Shown here one piece after another: positions 26,216 to 35,389 of a DNA stretch of 64,000 nt. Origin of the DNA: a virus; IMG/VR virus record IMGVR_UViG_3300045988_166693, positions 32,001 through 96,000 of that record. One strand, given 5' to 3'. Position 1 is the first letter of the stretch; each line of letters starts with the position of its first letter. Both the position numbers and the translations under genes were made by a program. The notes under the pieces were generated by a model, which worked only from the letters and a program-made list of their open reading frames with translations, was not told the DNA's origin and made no database searches.

Positions 26216-26269
26216 AATATTATCCTATTTTATATATCTCCAATACTTTTCATATCCAGGCATGGATTT

Positions 26270-26476
26270 CTACAGCTCTGACTCCAGCCTAAAGTACGTG
26301 CCGTCCTCCATCAGAAATAGACTGCCATCCTCCATAAGAAGCGCGTCCGAAATCTGAGGGATATCTTCTCCTCCAGAATCTTCACACAAATTACATGTGC
26401 AAATGTCTTCAGGTATTCTTATTTCAGCAATGCGTATGGCTCCTATATCAGTTTGCGCCAAATGGATTCCTTTCAT
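26270..26476 (-). CDS. hypothetical protein (68 aa)
   Basis: ATG ORF with a 4-nt overlap with the upstream gene. Internal LMEDGSLFLMEDGTYF duplication. Confidence 0.45.
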   Translation of the reverse strand: MKGIHLAQTDIGAIRIAEIRIPEDICTCNLCEDSGGEDIPQISDALLMEDGSLFLMEDGTYFRLESEL

Positions 26477-26754
26477 TGACCAGCCTCCCTTATAGTCGCC
26501 CTAACAGGCTTGTTTGTCACTGAAATCTTTATATTTTTGGGATATACTGCATGACAGAAATCAGCATCAATCACTTCTCCCCAGCTTGACTGCTGGTAGC
26601 ATTTCTTGTACCTTCCCTCGTTACTTCCACGCTGGTATAAGATAAAAGAACCAACCTCTTCCATTTCAATATGCAGATTATAATCTGCATTTACCTGAAC
26701 TTCCGCCGAAAACATATTTTCATCGGGATTGAACACTAATTGTTTTTCTTCCAT
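26473..26754 (-). CDS. hypothetical protein (93 aa)
   Basis: The track start 26805 is TTG and lies within the promoter element. ATG 26754 (MEEKQLVFNP) is preferred. Confidence 0.5.
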   Translation of the reverse strand: MEEKQLVFNPDENMFSAEVQVNADYNLHIEMEEVGSFILYQRGSNEGRYKKCYQQSSWGEVIDADFCHAVYPKNIKISVTNKPVRATIREAGQ

Positions 26755-26768
26755 ATCTTTTTTTATTG

Positions 26769-26803
26769 TAAAGATAAAGATTAACGGAACATATTTGAAG
26801 GAC
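26769..26803 (-). promoter_or_regulatory. late-operon element GTCCTTCA-N19-TATCTTTA (copy C)
   Basis: Minus strand: TTTTTTTTGTCCTTCAaatatgttccgttaatcttTATCTTTA. The -7 box has one mismatch (final A). Confidence 0.5.
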
Positions 26804-26811
26804 AAAAAAAA

Positions 26812-26835
26812 TAGCCCGGTCTCACAACCAGGCTA
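26812..26835 (-). terminator. 10-bp stem, GTGA tetraloop, T8
   Basis: Minus strand: tagcctggttGTGAgaccgggcta followed by tttttttt. It differs from the 21607 copy at two stem positions, and both changes preserve pairing. Confidence 0.7.
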
Positions 26836-26879
26836 GCCTATGGATATTATAAACAAATTGAAGTATTGATCATCCTTTG

Positions 26880-27012
26880 AAAAAAGAAGGAGACGATTTC
26901 TCGTCTCCTCCCCACATTCTATCACTCATTGAGCACTACCTCATTATAGAATGTCGTTTAATTCTCACTCTTCGGAATAGATCGCGTTCTCGGTTTACAC
27001 GTGCGAAATGTT
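26880..27012 (-). ncRNA. candidate ~130-nt short transcript (promoter to terminator, no credible ORF)
   Basis: Bounded by a canonical promoter (27020..27050) and the hairpin ggagacga-gaaa-tcgtctcc plus ttctttttt (26889..26908). The longest ATG ORF on that strand is 19 codons. Confidence 0.3.
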
Positions 27013-27019
27013 TTCGATG

Positions 27020-27050
27020 CAAAGGTATAGAAAAGATTATTTGCAGCAAA
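27020..27050 (-). promoter_or_regulatory. canonical Bacteroides-type promoter TTTG-N19-TACCTTTG
   Basis: Minus strand: TTTGctgcaaataatcttttctaTACCTTTG. Confidence 0.5.
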
Positions 27051-27229
27051 CATTTCTGCGGATATTTGTTTGAATTATGTTAGTTTTAACTTATTTTTAA
27101 CCTATTATTATCCATTTTCGCCATCCGGCGACAAAAAAGGCGGTTTTTTAAGCCCGCCCATGATCTGATCATTCGTCTTTGAGGTAGTCCAACGTATTTT
27201 ATTTATATCTAATCGAAAATATAATAAAA

Positions 27230-27252
27230 AACCTGCCATTTTAAGGCAGGTT
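27230..27252 (-). terminator. stem-loop plus T-run after 27279..27692
   Basis: Minus strand: aacctgcc-ttaaaat-ggcaggtt followed by ttttttatt. Confidence 0.65.
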
Positions 27253-27278
27253 AATTAAATAGAGATAAAAAGTATCTG

Positions 27279-27692
27279 TTAATCAAGCATGATTTTCAGA
27301 AGATCCAGTTTGGACATAGGCCACTTGTTTTCCTTTGCCAGTTGGATTGCTCCTTCATCGGAAATCTTTTCAAGAGTTACTTCTACTTCCTTTTCAAGTT
27401 CCGGTTCACAGGCTGCATCTACTTTCTTCTGGTATGGCGCAAAGAAATTGTTAAGTTCTTCCTTTTCACTCTCCGGAAGTTCATTCCACTTGCGGGCCTT
27501 TTCCTGCATTTCGTCAAAGTTCTTAGGCTTGAACTTTTCCTGTGCATCCTTCAGAAGTGCATCATAGGCTTCCACATGCTTGCGCATTTCCTTCCGGTTC
27601 TTAATAATACTGACTGCATCTTTGTCGTTTACACTTGTGATCACTGCATCATCCAGCATTTTGTATGCTATAACTACTGTTTTAAGTTTCAT
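27279..27692 (-). CDS. hypothetical protein (137 aa)
   Basis: ATG ORF, last gene of the fibre operon. Charged and helical. Confidence 0.5.
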   Translation of the reverse strand: MKLKTVVIAYKMLDDAVITSVNDKDAVSIIKNRKEMRKHVEAYDALLKDAQEKFKPKNFDEMQEKARKWNELPESEKEELNNFFAPYQKKVDAACEPELEKEVEVTLEKISDEGAIQLAKENKWPMSKLDLLKIMLD

Positions 27693-27705
27693 AGAGATAT
27701 AATTT

Positions 27706-28350
27706 TTAGTTTGCTACTTCTACATAAATTCCTACAAGTCCGGACAAGTCCTGATATACGGCCTGTCCGGTGTTTCTGGTACATTTGTACGTGATACCAT
27801 TCTGGGAGTAATACTTTCCTTCAAATAACTCCATGTTGTTATTGTACGGAATAGGATCTTCTTTTGTCCCGGCATTGGTTTCGTTGATTTCTTCGTACAA
27901 TGCTGCCGTATCAACGCTAGGCGGTTGGTTTTCCAGTACATTTTCAATAGTCTGTTTCACTTTATAAAGCCTGTCCTGATAAAGCACCTTGTAATCTTTT
28001 TCAAGTTTCTGACTGATGAAATTTTCCCAGGCTGGGTACAGGTTCTTAAACTGCAATGCCTGTTCGTCCGTAAGGTTCATGGCGTTGATCTGTGAAGCAA
28101 ACAGACCGATCATCTGATTTACCTGTTCTTCCGGATAGACTACCTGACCCCTTGCAGCTTTCTTTGCCTTGAAGATACGTTCCGCATCTTCTTTGGTGAT
28201 TTCAGTCCATTCATCGTTACTTTCATCCAAAGGGATATATACCTGTTTCGCTACTACCCGATCTTCATCTTTTGTTGCGGAAGATTGCGTAAGAAACTTC
28301 CCATACATCGGGGATATCCACTTTCCTTCTTGTTCTGTTCTTATTTCCAT
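27706..28350 (-). CDS. fibre-associated protein, paralog of 21891..22601 (214 aa)
   Basis: Shares a C-terminal ~90-aa domain with the paralog (LYPAWE..., EDPIPYN, GKYYSQNGITYKCTRNTG). Confidence 0.55.
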   Translation of the reverse strand: MEIRTEQEGKWISPMYGKFLTQSSATKDEDRVVAKQVYIPLDESNDEWTEITKEDAERIFKAKKAARGQVVYPEEQVNQMIGLFASQINAMNLTDEQALQFKNLYPAWENFISQKLEKDYKVLYQDRLYKVKQTIENVLENQPPSVDTAALYEEINETNAGTKEDPIPYNNNMELFEGKYYSQNGITYKCTRNTGQAVYQDLSGLVGIYVEVAN

Positions 28351-28352
28351 AA

Positions 28353-29516
28353 TTAAAAATCTGTTTTTCTTATTGTAACTTCAAGTCTTGATAATTCTAT
28401 ATAACTGGAATTCCACCATATAACGACAGCTTTAGTTACACTTTCGTCTATGTCGTTTGTGGTAAAATCGAAGCTGTCTACTATCGGATAATACCTGATT
28501 TCACCGGCTGCTACCGTTAATTCTCCAGCAGGGCCAGTTTCGTACCACGGCTGCTCATACTTATAATTGACATTGCCCGACTTGTATCTGTACACTGCAA
28601 TCTTACTACCAGCTTCCAGCGTACCTCCTGAAAATCCAACGGCTGTAATACCAAACGTAATGTTGTACAGGCGCAATCTCTTAATATCGGAATTGCTTTG
28701 CAGAACCTCACCACGCGGAGTAACAAAGTCGTATGGCTTGGTAGAAAATACTTTAACTTTATACAAGGTTGTTGTATCTTCCGTTGCCTTCATGTTTCTG
28801 TACCTTCCTTTTACATCTTTTGCCATCAGGTGCATACATACGGTATCTTTAGGAGACATTCCGATAAACTCCAGATCTTCCGCGCTTATCTCCAGCATTG
28901 TCTGATGTTTGGGCTGAAACTCTACCAGTTTGTAATATCCAGTTTTACCTTGCACCCAAATTCGGAATACTAGAGTAACACCACCTGTCACATCGTATAT
29001 GTCGTTAAGAGTAAGTTCAGTTTCTCTCTTTTCCGGCATATATATCGGCACTCTCAAACTTTGTCCTATTACAACATATTCCGGCACTACCAATGTGATC
29101 ATATCACTTGTCGCTTTTGCATCATACCCGGCAAAGTCCCCTAACCGGTAAGGTGCATTTTGGCCACCCGGAACTGGTATATAAGACCATGGAACGTCAT
29201 TTGGAGAATTGTTTTCCAAATTATCAATAATAGGAATGTTTATATTACATGTTCCATTCTTTCCGATCCACCATTTATCTTTGATAGTAACCAGTTGACC
29301 GTCCCAGGAATCAACGACAAATGCTCCGGGGTTATCTCTCGTAAAGTTTACAGCACCAATATCAGAAGGCTTATATTTTGCAAACATATTAATGTTTGCT
29401 CCGCTTTGAAATGCTGTAATAGCATTGTTGTTTACAACACCACCATTGGCATTAAGTGTATCTCTCACATCATCCCATTTCAGGTTTTCGGTTGGTAAAA
29501 TATCGTAAACTGCCAT
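28353..29516 (-). CDS. fibre-module structural protein (387 aa)
   Basis: ATG ORF with 2-nt gaps on both sides, within the fibre operon. Confidence 0.5.
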   Translation of the reverse strand: MAVYDILPTENLKWDDVRDTLNANGGVVNNNAITAFQSGANINMFAKYKPSDIGAVNFTRDNPGAFVVDSWDGQLVTIKDKWWIGKNGTCNINIPIIDNLENNSPNDVPWSYIPVPGGQNAPYRLGDFAGYDAKATSDMITLVVPEYVVIGQSLRVPIYMPEKRETELTLNDIYDVTGGVTLVFRIWVQGKTGYYKLVEFQPKHQTMLEISAEDLEFIGMSPKDTVCMHLMAKDVKGRYRNMKATEDTTTLYKVKVFSTKPYDFVTPRGEVLQSNSDIKRLRLYNITFGITAVGFSGGTLEAGSKIAVYRYKSGNVNYKYEQPWYETGPAGELTVAAGEIRYYPIVDSFDFTTNDIDESVTKAVVIWWNSSYIELSRLEVTIRKTDF

Positions 29517-29518
29517 AG

Positions 29519-29746
29519 TTATTCCTCCTTACTATTAAATTTGCATGTAGCGTCTTTATACACTACAAGATTCCCTTCTACGTCAAGAGATCCCTTTACA
29601 GTAACATGACCTTTGACAAGTAAATCTCCTTCAATAACTCCTTTTTCCGGGATCAATACTTGTTTCTCCACTACTTTTGTTACAATCTTCTCGGTCGGAA
29701 TGTCTAACTTAAACACTCTGATCATCCAAAGTACGAACTTCTTCAT
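29519..29746 (-). CDS. hypothetical protein (75 aa)
   Basis: ATG ORF that overlaps the tail-fibre 3' end by 38 nt. Confidence 0.4.
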   Translation of the reverse strand: MKKFVLWMIRVFKLDIPTEKIVTKVVEKQVLIPEKGVIEGDLLVKGHVTVKGSLDVEGNLVVYKDATCKFNSKEE

Positions 29747-32700
29747 AGCCTAGCTTTTTAAGTTGTTTTTTTAATATGACTATTTCTCTCTCAAGTTTCT
29801 TGATTTTCTTATCGGTTCTTGTTTCATAAGTTAGCAAGTGTCTAGCGGTATGAACCGCAAACGTATACGCTACTGTTGCATAGTCCATAGACAGGAAGTT
29901 ATCATTCTCTTCCACGGCCCACGGAAGGATTGACTGAGTATATTGGGCCGATCCTCCCAAGTTCAGCCTATTTTGATTCATATTAGGTCTATTCCACCGA
30001 TACACAAATGAAGGTGCTTTTGCTATGTCCATAAGAGACAAATTTACCTGCTGCATTATTGACTTGTATCGTATATCAGAACTATAAAATGTGGCACCGC
30101 CAGATACAAGCAAGTTACCTACTATTTCAACGTAACCGCCTCCATATATAGAAAATGAGCATCCTGCACTTGTACCTGCGTCATTATTACTTACAGCCAT
30201 AAAAATGCGCCCCCAGTCATTCGCATCATCACGTACAGATCCAAAAACATATCTAGTTTGGTACCCTCTACCATTCACAATATCTCCCCATCTTATGATT
30301 GGCCTAAAAGTACCACCATTTACATATATCCCATCGCTGGAATATCTTATAGACGAAAGGTTAGAAGTAAACATTTCTGATGATTCCAAACCTGTTAAAG
30401 TATTATCTTCTAATATATATCTTGCTCCTCTAATATCACTTGACCCGTAAATACCTCCATTTACATGCAACTTATAACTGGGAGATGTAGTTCCTATACC
30501 AACATATCCGCTGGGATTTATTCCTAGATTTGAACCAAGATTTTGGATAATTCTTGCACCGGCATATCCTATAATATCATTGTTGCCTATATCAATGTTG
30601 CCTGTGACATTACTTGTTCCGTCAAAGGATTGTCCCCAAATAGTTCGTGCTGTCTGTAACTTAGTAGCTGATGCAACATTATCACTTAATAAAGCCAAAT
30701 TTCCGTTTCTTGTTGGCAAAATCAATGTGTTACTATGATCCCCGTCGCATTGCAGTCTAGTTGAATAATCAATGGCTCCAGTTGATGAATTATGAAAATC
30801 AATATATTTTCCGACTTCAAATGTTCCATCAGTTTCTACAAAAGGAATAACTCCCCAATATGTACTTCCGGATCTCTTGTGTGTTCCATCTAACTTGTCG
30901 GCATTGCTGGCATTTCCACTAATATTAATACCCCATGTTCCACTTGCTCCGCTTCCCGTTTTAGTAGGGTACTTGCTGTCGCTTTCACTTTTTGTATATG
31001 CACCGATTCCAGCCGGAGTTATATTGATAGTCTTAGCCCCGGTTGCGTTGTAAGTAAATTGGTTCGTTCCCTCTGTTGTTCCTCCGTTCAGTTTTACAAT
31101 TAAATTCTGCTTCCCTGTGACTTCTGAAATAGTCGGCCAGCGAGTAACGTATGCAGACGGAGCAGCCTTTAACAACGCATCCCAATTAGCGTGCAGATCC
31201 GAGATCGTAGCAATGCTTACAGCCGTTAGCCATGCAGGTTTTTGCGCTGCTAGTACAGAATCCCAGCTAGAATGCAGGTCAGTAATATTTGCAATATTAG
31301 TCGCAAACACAGAAGGCTTTCCGGAAATATTGCCCCATGCAACGCTACCAGCTTCTCCACCTCCTACTGCTACTAATTTCCCGTTTTCCTTCTTTATAGT
31401 AGTACCATCCACTACTACCCCATCCATGACTGTAGACACGGAAACCGGATCTATTGCATACATTGTAACACCGCCTGTAACAGCTAGATTTCCCTCTAGG
31501 GTAATTACTCCGTCTGCGGTTTTGTGCAAGCGAATACCGCCTATATAAAAATCTCCAGTTTTAGTAACTCCGTCTATATTTGCATTTCCACCTAAATATA
31601 AATCTTTCCATTTCGCATCAGACAAGCCTAAATTAATGCTGTTGCTTGCTGCGCCAAAAGGTCTAAAAGATTTAAGTTCTAACAAGACAGATAAAGTATC
31701 ATCATTGTTGATTTTAAATCTTATGTTTTGGTTATTTTTAGTAATTACATCAATAGTTCCACTTCCTGTTATATTTCCAACATTATCTAAATTTCCGCTT
31801 ACATTCTCAGTTCCGTCAAAGCTACGTCCCCATAACGTGCGAGCAGTTTCCAACTTAGTGGAAGCGTAAGCATACAGGTCGGTTATTGTTTTTGTCGTTC
31901 CACCGACAGTTATGGAAAGGTTAGTTGCTGATGAAGTTGATAATGCAGTAAGAAGTCCTGTTTTGTGAGTTCCGTCCAAAAGATCAGCGTCTAGACCGCT
32001 TCCTGCACCGTCATTACCACTATCCCAAACCGTCCTACCTTTCCATAAAAGATTTGTAGTTGTAAGATGAAATGCATGCACGGTATTATCGGTATCCGTA
32101 AGAGATAATCCACCTCTATTAGTTGTAGTAGAATGGAACAAATTGATCTGATCTGTTCTTCCTCTAAATTTTACAGATAGATTTCCGGTCATTGTATCTC
32201 CGGACACATTGACATATCTACTATCAGCGTCCGTCTTGGTATAAGCGTCCGTAATACCATAACCGGACAGGGTTGTCGGCTTTCCGCTGGTTATATCAGA
32301 CCATGCATGTTTATGTCCACTAAGGCTAAACGTACTTCCCTTGGTCAGAGTAAGAGTGTGTCCGCTAATAGATGCAGCAGTTACGGCATTACCTATTCCG
32401 GTAACACTGACAGCATTAATTCCATCTGTTATACCATAGCCAGCTAATGTTGTAGCTTTAACGGCATAGTTTTTCCCGGACACCCAGCTTTCAGTTGCGT
32501 ACCCGGTTAAAGCAGTAGTAAGGTGCGACTTGTTGATCTGTTCCGTGGTAGATCCGGCCAATGCTGTCCACATGGCAGACTTATCAAAGGATGATCCGCT
32601 GCCCTCTCTTGCTTTCAAAACTCTTGATCCGTCAACTTCTTGCCAGTAGATTGTATCGTTGTCTATGGGCAGTCCGTCATAAATTGAAGGGAAAGAAACA

Positions 32701-34322
32701 CCATCAGACGCATACGTTGTGAGACCACCTGTTAATGCCAGATTTCCTTCCAGCATTAGCGCACCATCCTCCAACTTCCTCAGCTTAATTCCAGCAATAG
32801 TAACCCAGTCCGATGCTGCCAGCGAAGGTGCTGTAATAGCTCCGGATGCCTTAATAGCGGCTGTATTCAGCACAGAGGAAAATGTCTTTTCTCCGGTTAT
32901 TGTCTGCTTGGTTCCCAGTGTTACGAAAGTACTATCTACATATTTTTTGTCGGCCTTTGTTTCAAGTATTTCCGCGAGATTATCCGTTTCTGTCATTCCG
33001 GACAAAAACGCTTCCAGTTCCTTCCATTTGTTTATGATTGTATCAGCATCAGAACCTTCCAAGAAGTCATTCAGCTTATTAGACACAGCATTTAAAGCCT
33101 CAGTAGTTGCATAGTTCTTGCTGGCCACCCAACTTTCGGTAGCGTATCCTTTTCCTGTTACCCAGCTTTCAGTAGCATATCCGGCCAGTGCGTTAGTAAG
33201 ATGCGACTTGTTGATCTGGTTGTCCGAAGATCCGGAAAGTGCAGACCACATGGCATTTTCATCGAAGGAACTTCCTGCACCAGCTATAGCTTTTAGTACA
33301 TTGTTTTCCTTTTTGATAGTAATACCATCAACCGCAATAGCATCCATAATTGTAGATACAGATCTACCAGCCGTTGCGTAAAATGTCATTGCTCCTGTAA
33401 CAGCTACATCTGCATCAATGTAGACAACACCGTTTTCTTCGTAGATCTTTTTCTTTGATTCTCCGACTGAAAGACCGGCAGTGAAATGCTTTAATGCTGT
33501 TATCTCCTGCTCGGTATCAATAGTAACATATTTTGAAGCGATCTCTTCTTTCGTATAGAAAGGCTTTTCACCCTGTATCTCTGACCAATTATAGGTCGGT
33601 TTGGTATCACCAATCCATGTGGGCTTACCAGTAATGTTTACCCATTTGACTGATCCTGCTTCACCGCCACCTGTACCTCCAATCACCTCTACTCTCTGTG
33701 TCGCAGGGTTAAACCATATTGTCTGGTTATCATAAGGAATCCCTTCAAATATAGAAGGTACAACAGGATCTAAAGTTGCATACTGTGTAAAAGCGCCCTG
33801 GGATAGAACAGGGTATTTGGTTATTATATATTCATTTCCCTGGGAATCTGATCTTAGCTGCCAGAAATTACCCTCACGGGTTTCATCCGTCTGATACTTT
33901 CCATAATCAAATGTTATCTTTCTTTGCTTGGTTGCACCTTCCAGCGCATCAGTTTCTGTTATTTCCCCAACCTTTACATAATAATAAGCCGGGCTTGGGT
34001 TCTCTCCGTTGATGGTTCCGTCTATAGCATAATCATTGACGGAAAAAATGAGATAAGCCTGATCGCCATCCCGATTAAGGCGAGCATAGATAAAATGATG
34101 ACCTGTCTTATTCAGCTTTGTATTGACCCCGTACAAAAACCACTTGCGGCTTTCTCCGTTTGGCAAATATTGGATACCTCCTCCCTGTTGAGGAGATACA
34201 ATAATAGAGCACCCCAACACAACTGATATCTGTATCAGATTGGGATTACCCAGGGCATTTTCTATCATTGACACTCCCTGGTAGGATATTCTATATAAAG
34301 CACTTTTGTATTCGGTTATCAT
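29709..34322 (-). CDS. tail fibre with C-terminal intramolecular-chaperone (S74-like) domain (1537 aa)
   Basis: C-terminus SSDIRYKSIMQQVNLSLMDIAKAPSFVYRWN...GGSAQYTQSILPWAV...LSMDYATVAYTFAVHTARHL, followed by a coiled coil, matches the endosialidase-chaperone pattern (SDxRxK ... Y.W ... AQ ... DY). Several internal repeat modules. Confidence 0.8.
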   Translation of the reverse strand: MITEYKSALYRISYQGVSMIENALGNPNLIQISVVLGCSIIVSPQQGGGIQYLPNGESRKWFLYGVNTKLNKTGHHFIYARLNRDGDQAYLIFSVNDYAIDGTINGENPSPAYYYVKVGEITETDALEGATKQRKITFDYGKYQTDETREGNFWQLRSDSQGNEYIITKYPVLSQGAFTQYATLDPVVPSIFEGIPYDNQTIWFNPATQRVEVIGGTGGGEAGSVKWVNITGKPTWIGDTKPTYNWSEIQGEKPFYTKEEIASKYVTIDTEQEITALKHFTAGLSVGESKKKIYEENGVVYIDADVAVTGAMTFYATAGRSVSTIMDAIAVDGITIKKENNVLKAIAGAGSSFDENAMWSALSGSSDNQINKSHLTNALAGYATESWVTGKGYATESWVASKNYATTEALNAVSNKLNDFLEGSDADTIINKWKELEAFLSGMTETDNLAEILETKADKKYVDSTFVTLGTKQTITGEKTFSSVLNTAAIKASGAITAPSLAASDWVTIAGIKLRKLEDGALMLEGNLALTGGLTTYASDGVSFPSIYDGLPIDNDTIYWQEVDGSRVLKAREGSGSSFDKSAMWTALAGSTTEQINKSHLTTALTGYATESWVSGKNYAVKATTLAGYGITDGINAVSVTGIGNAVTAASISGHTLTLTKGSTFSLSGHKHAWSDITSGKPTTLSGYGITDAYTKTDADSRYVNVSGDTMTGNLSVKFRGRTDQINLFHSTTTNRGGLSLTDTDNTVHAFHLTTTNLLWKGRTVWDSGNDGAGSGLDADLLDGTHKTGLLTALSTSSATNLSITVGGTTKTITDLYAYASTKLETARTLWGRSFDGTENVSGNLDNVGNITGSGTIDVITKNNQNIRFKINNDDTLSVLLELKSFRPFGAASNSINLGLSDAKWKDLYLGGNANIDGVTKTGDFYIGGIRLHKTADGVITLEGNLAVTGGVTMYAIDPVSVSTVMDGVVVDGTTIKKENGKLVAVGGGEAGSVAWGNISGKPSVFATNIANITDLHSSWDSVLAAQKPAWLTAVSIATISDLHANWDALLKAAPSAYVTRWPTISEVTGKQNLIVKLNGGTTEGTNQFTYNATGAKTINITPAGIGAYTKSESDSKYPTKTGSGASGTWGINISGNASNADKLDGTHKRSGSTYWGVIPFVETDGTFEVGKYIDFHNSSTGAIDYSTRLQCDGDHSNTLILPTRNGNLALLSDNVASATKLQTARTIWGQSFDGTSNVTGNIDIGNNDIIGYAGARIIQNLGSNLGINPSGYVGIGTTSPSYKLHVNGGIYGSSDIRGARYILEDNTLTGLESSEMFTSNLSSIRYSSDGIYVNGGTFRPIIRWGDIVNGRGYQTRYVFGSVRDDANDWGRIFMAVSNNDAGTSAGCSFSIYGGGYVEIVGNLLVSGGATFYSSDIRYKSIMQQVNLSLMDIAKAPSFVYRWNRPNMNQNRLNLGGSAQYTQSILPWAVEENDNFLSMDYATVAYTFAVHTARHLLTYETRTDKKIKKLEREIVILKKQLKKLGYEEVRTLDDQSV

Positions 34323-35320
34323 TTTGCTTTGTATCTCTGATTCATTTCCTTAATTTCCTTTGCTTCCTTCGCCATCGCATTCATAATACCCAGAATGCGG
34401 ACCGCCTCACTGTCGTACACAGCATCGTAGTCATCGAAGCCCTGGTATTTCATCACGTTGTTCACCATTTCCACCTCGATCTTGATCGGGTTCTGACGCC
34501 CGGGCTTCTTCCCGTTGGGAGTGAACAGCTCGGGATACATCCTGGCGTATGACTCCTGCACACTTTGGAAATACTGCACCATGACGGGAAACATGCGGCT
34601 TTCCACCGGCCGGAACCAGCGGGCGTTTTTCCGGATCTGTCCGGAGTAGAATGCCCACACACGGCGGCTGTACTTGCGCAGGTAGCGCCCTTCGCGGATT
34701 TCTCCGGTCTCGCGCACCGACTCGTTGAACAGGGCCGCCAGAAACTGACAGCGGATGTCCCTCATGCGCCGCTTCTGCATCCTCACCGCCGCACGGCTCG
34801 AATTGCGGCGCAGCAGTGTCTGAAGCACCTTCTCCGTGTCCCAGTACATGATCAGCAGGTTCTGGGCCGACTGGTACTGGCCGAAGGAGACATTCAGCAT
34901 GACGTCGCCCGGAGCCTTGAGCCGGAGCGTCCCCATCCGCAGGCGGATGATCCCGTAGGGAGTGACAGTGCGCCCGAACGGCTCGTCCAGGTATCCGAGT
35001 CTCTGACTGATCCACTGGTCCACCTGCCACGCCCGCAAGGGAATGCGCTCAAACAGGTGGCGCAGCCCCTTGCGGCGGAACAGGAATACCGTATCGCCTT
35101 TTTCATCCGTCAGCGTGCGGCGGATCACCTTCAGATCGAGAAACAGCATGAAACATTTCAGCTTGTACACGCGGTCGGCCTGCTGCTCGTCGCCCGCAGC
35201 TGCTTGCGCCATCCTTTTCAGGTAAAGGCGGTTCACTTCTTCCAGTTCTTCCGACGAAAGCCGGTTCCAGCTGTCGGGCAGTCCGGGAAGGTTGATCTGA
35301 TAGTTTGTCGTGCTTGTCAT
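34319..35320 (-). CDS. hypothetical structural/assembly protein (333 aa)
   Basis: ATG ORF, first gene of the fibre operon, 4-nt overlap with the fibre gene. GC-rich, so several shadow ORFs overlap it. Confidence 0.55.
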   Translation of the reverse strand: MTSTTNYQINLPGLPDSWNRLSSEELEEVNRLYLKRMAQAAAGDEQQADRVYKLKCFMLFLDLKVIRRTLTDEKGDTVFLFRRKGLRHLFERIPLRAWQVDQWISQRLGYLDEPFGRTVTPYGIIRLRMGTLRLKAPGDVMLNVSFGQYQSAQNLLIMYWDTEKVLQTLLRRNSSRAAVRMQKRRMRDIRCQFLAALFNESVRETGEIREGRYLRKYSRRVWAFYSGQIRKNARWFRPVESRMFPVMVQYFQSVQESYARMYPELFTPNGKKPGRQNPIKIEVEMVNNVMKYQGFDDYDAVYDSEAVRILGIMNAMAKEAKEIKEMNQRYKAK

Positions 35321-35337
35321 TTTGTCGTTTCTTTACC

Positions 35338-35372
35338 CAAAGTTAGGAATAGGGTTTCTCAGAATGAAGGAC
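35338..35372 (-). promoter_or_regulatory. late-operon element GTCCTTCA-N19-TAACTTTG (copy D)
   Basis: Minus strand: TTTTTTGTCCTTCAttctgagaaaccctattccTAACTTTG, ending 17 nt before ATG 35320. Confidence 0.6.
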
Positions 35373-35389
35373 AAAAAATAAGGTGCGGA

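Noticed and set aside
26877-27083. 68-aa plus-strand ORF
   Set aside because: It spans a terminator hairpin and a minus-strand promoter, has no start context, and lies in a region better explained as a short non-coding transcription unit.
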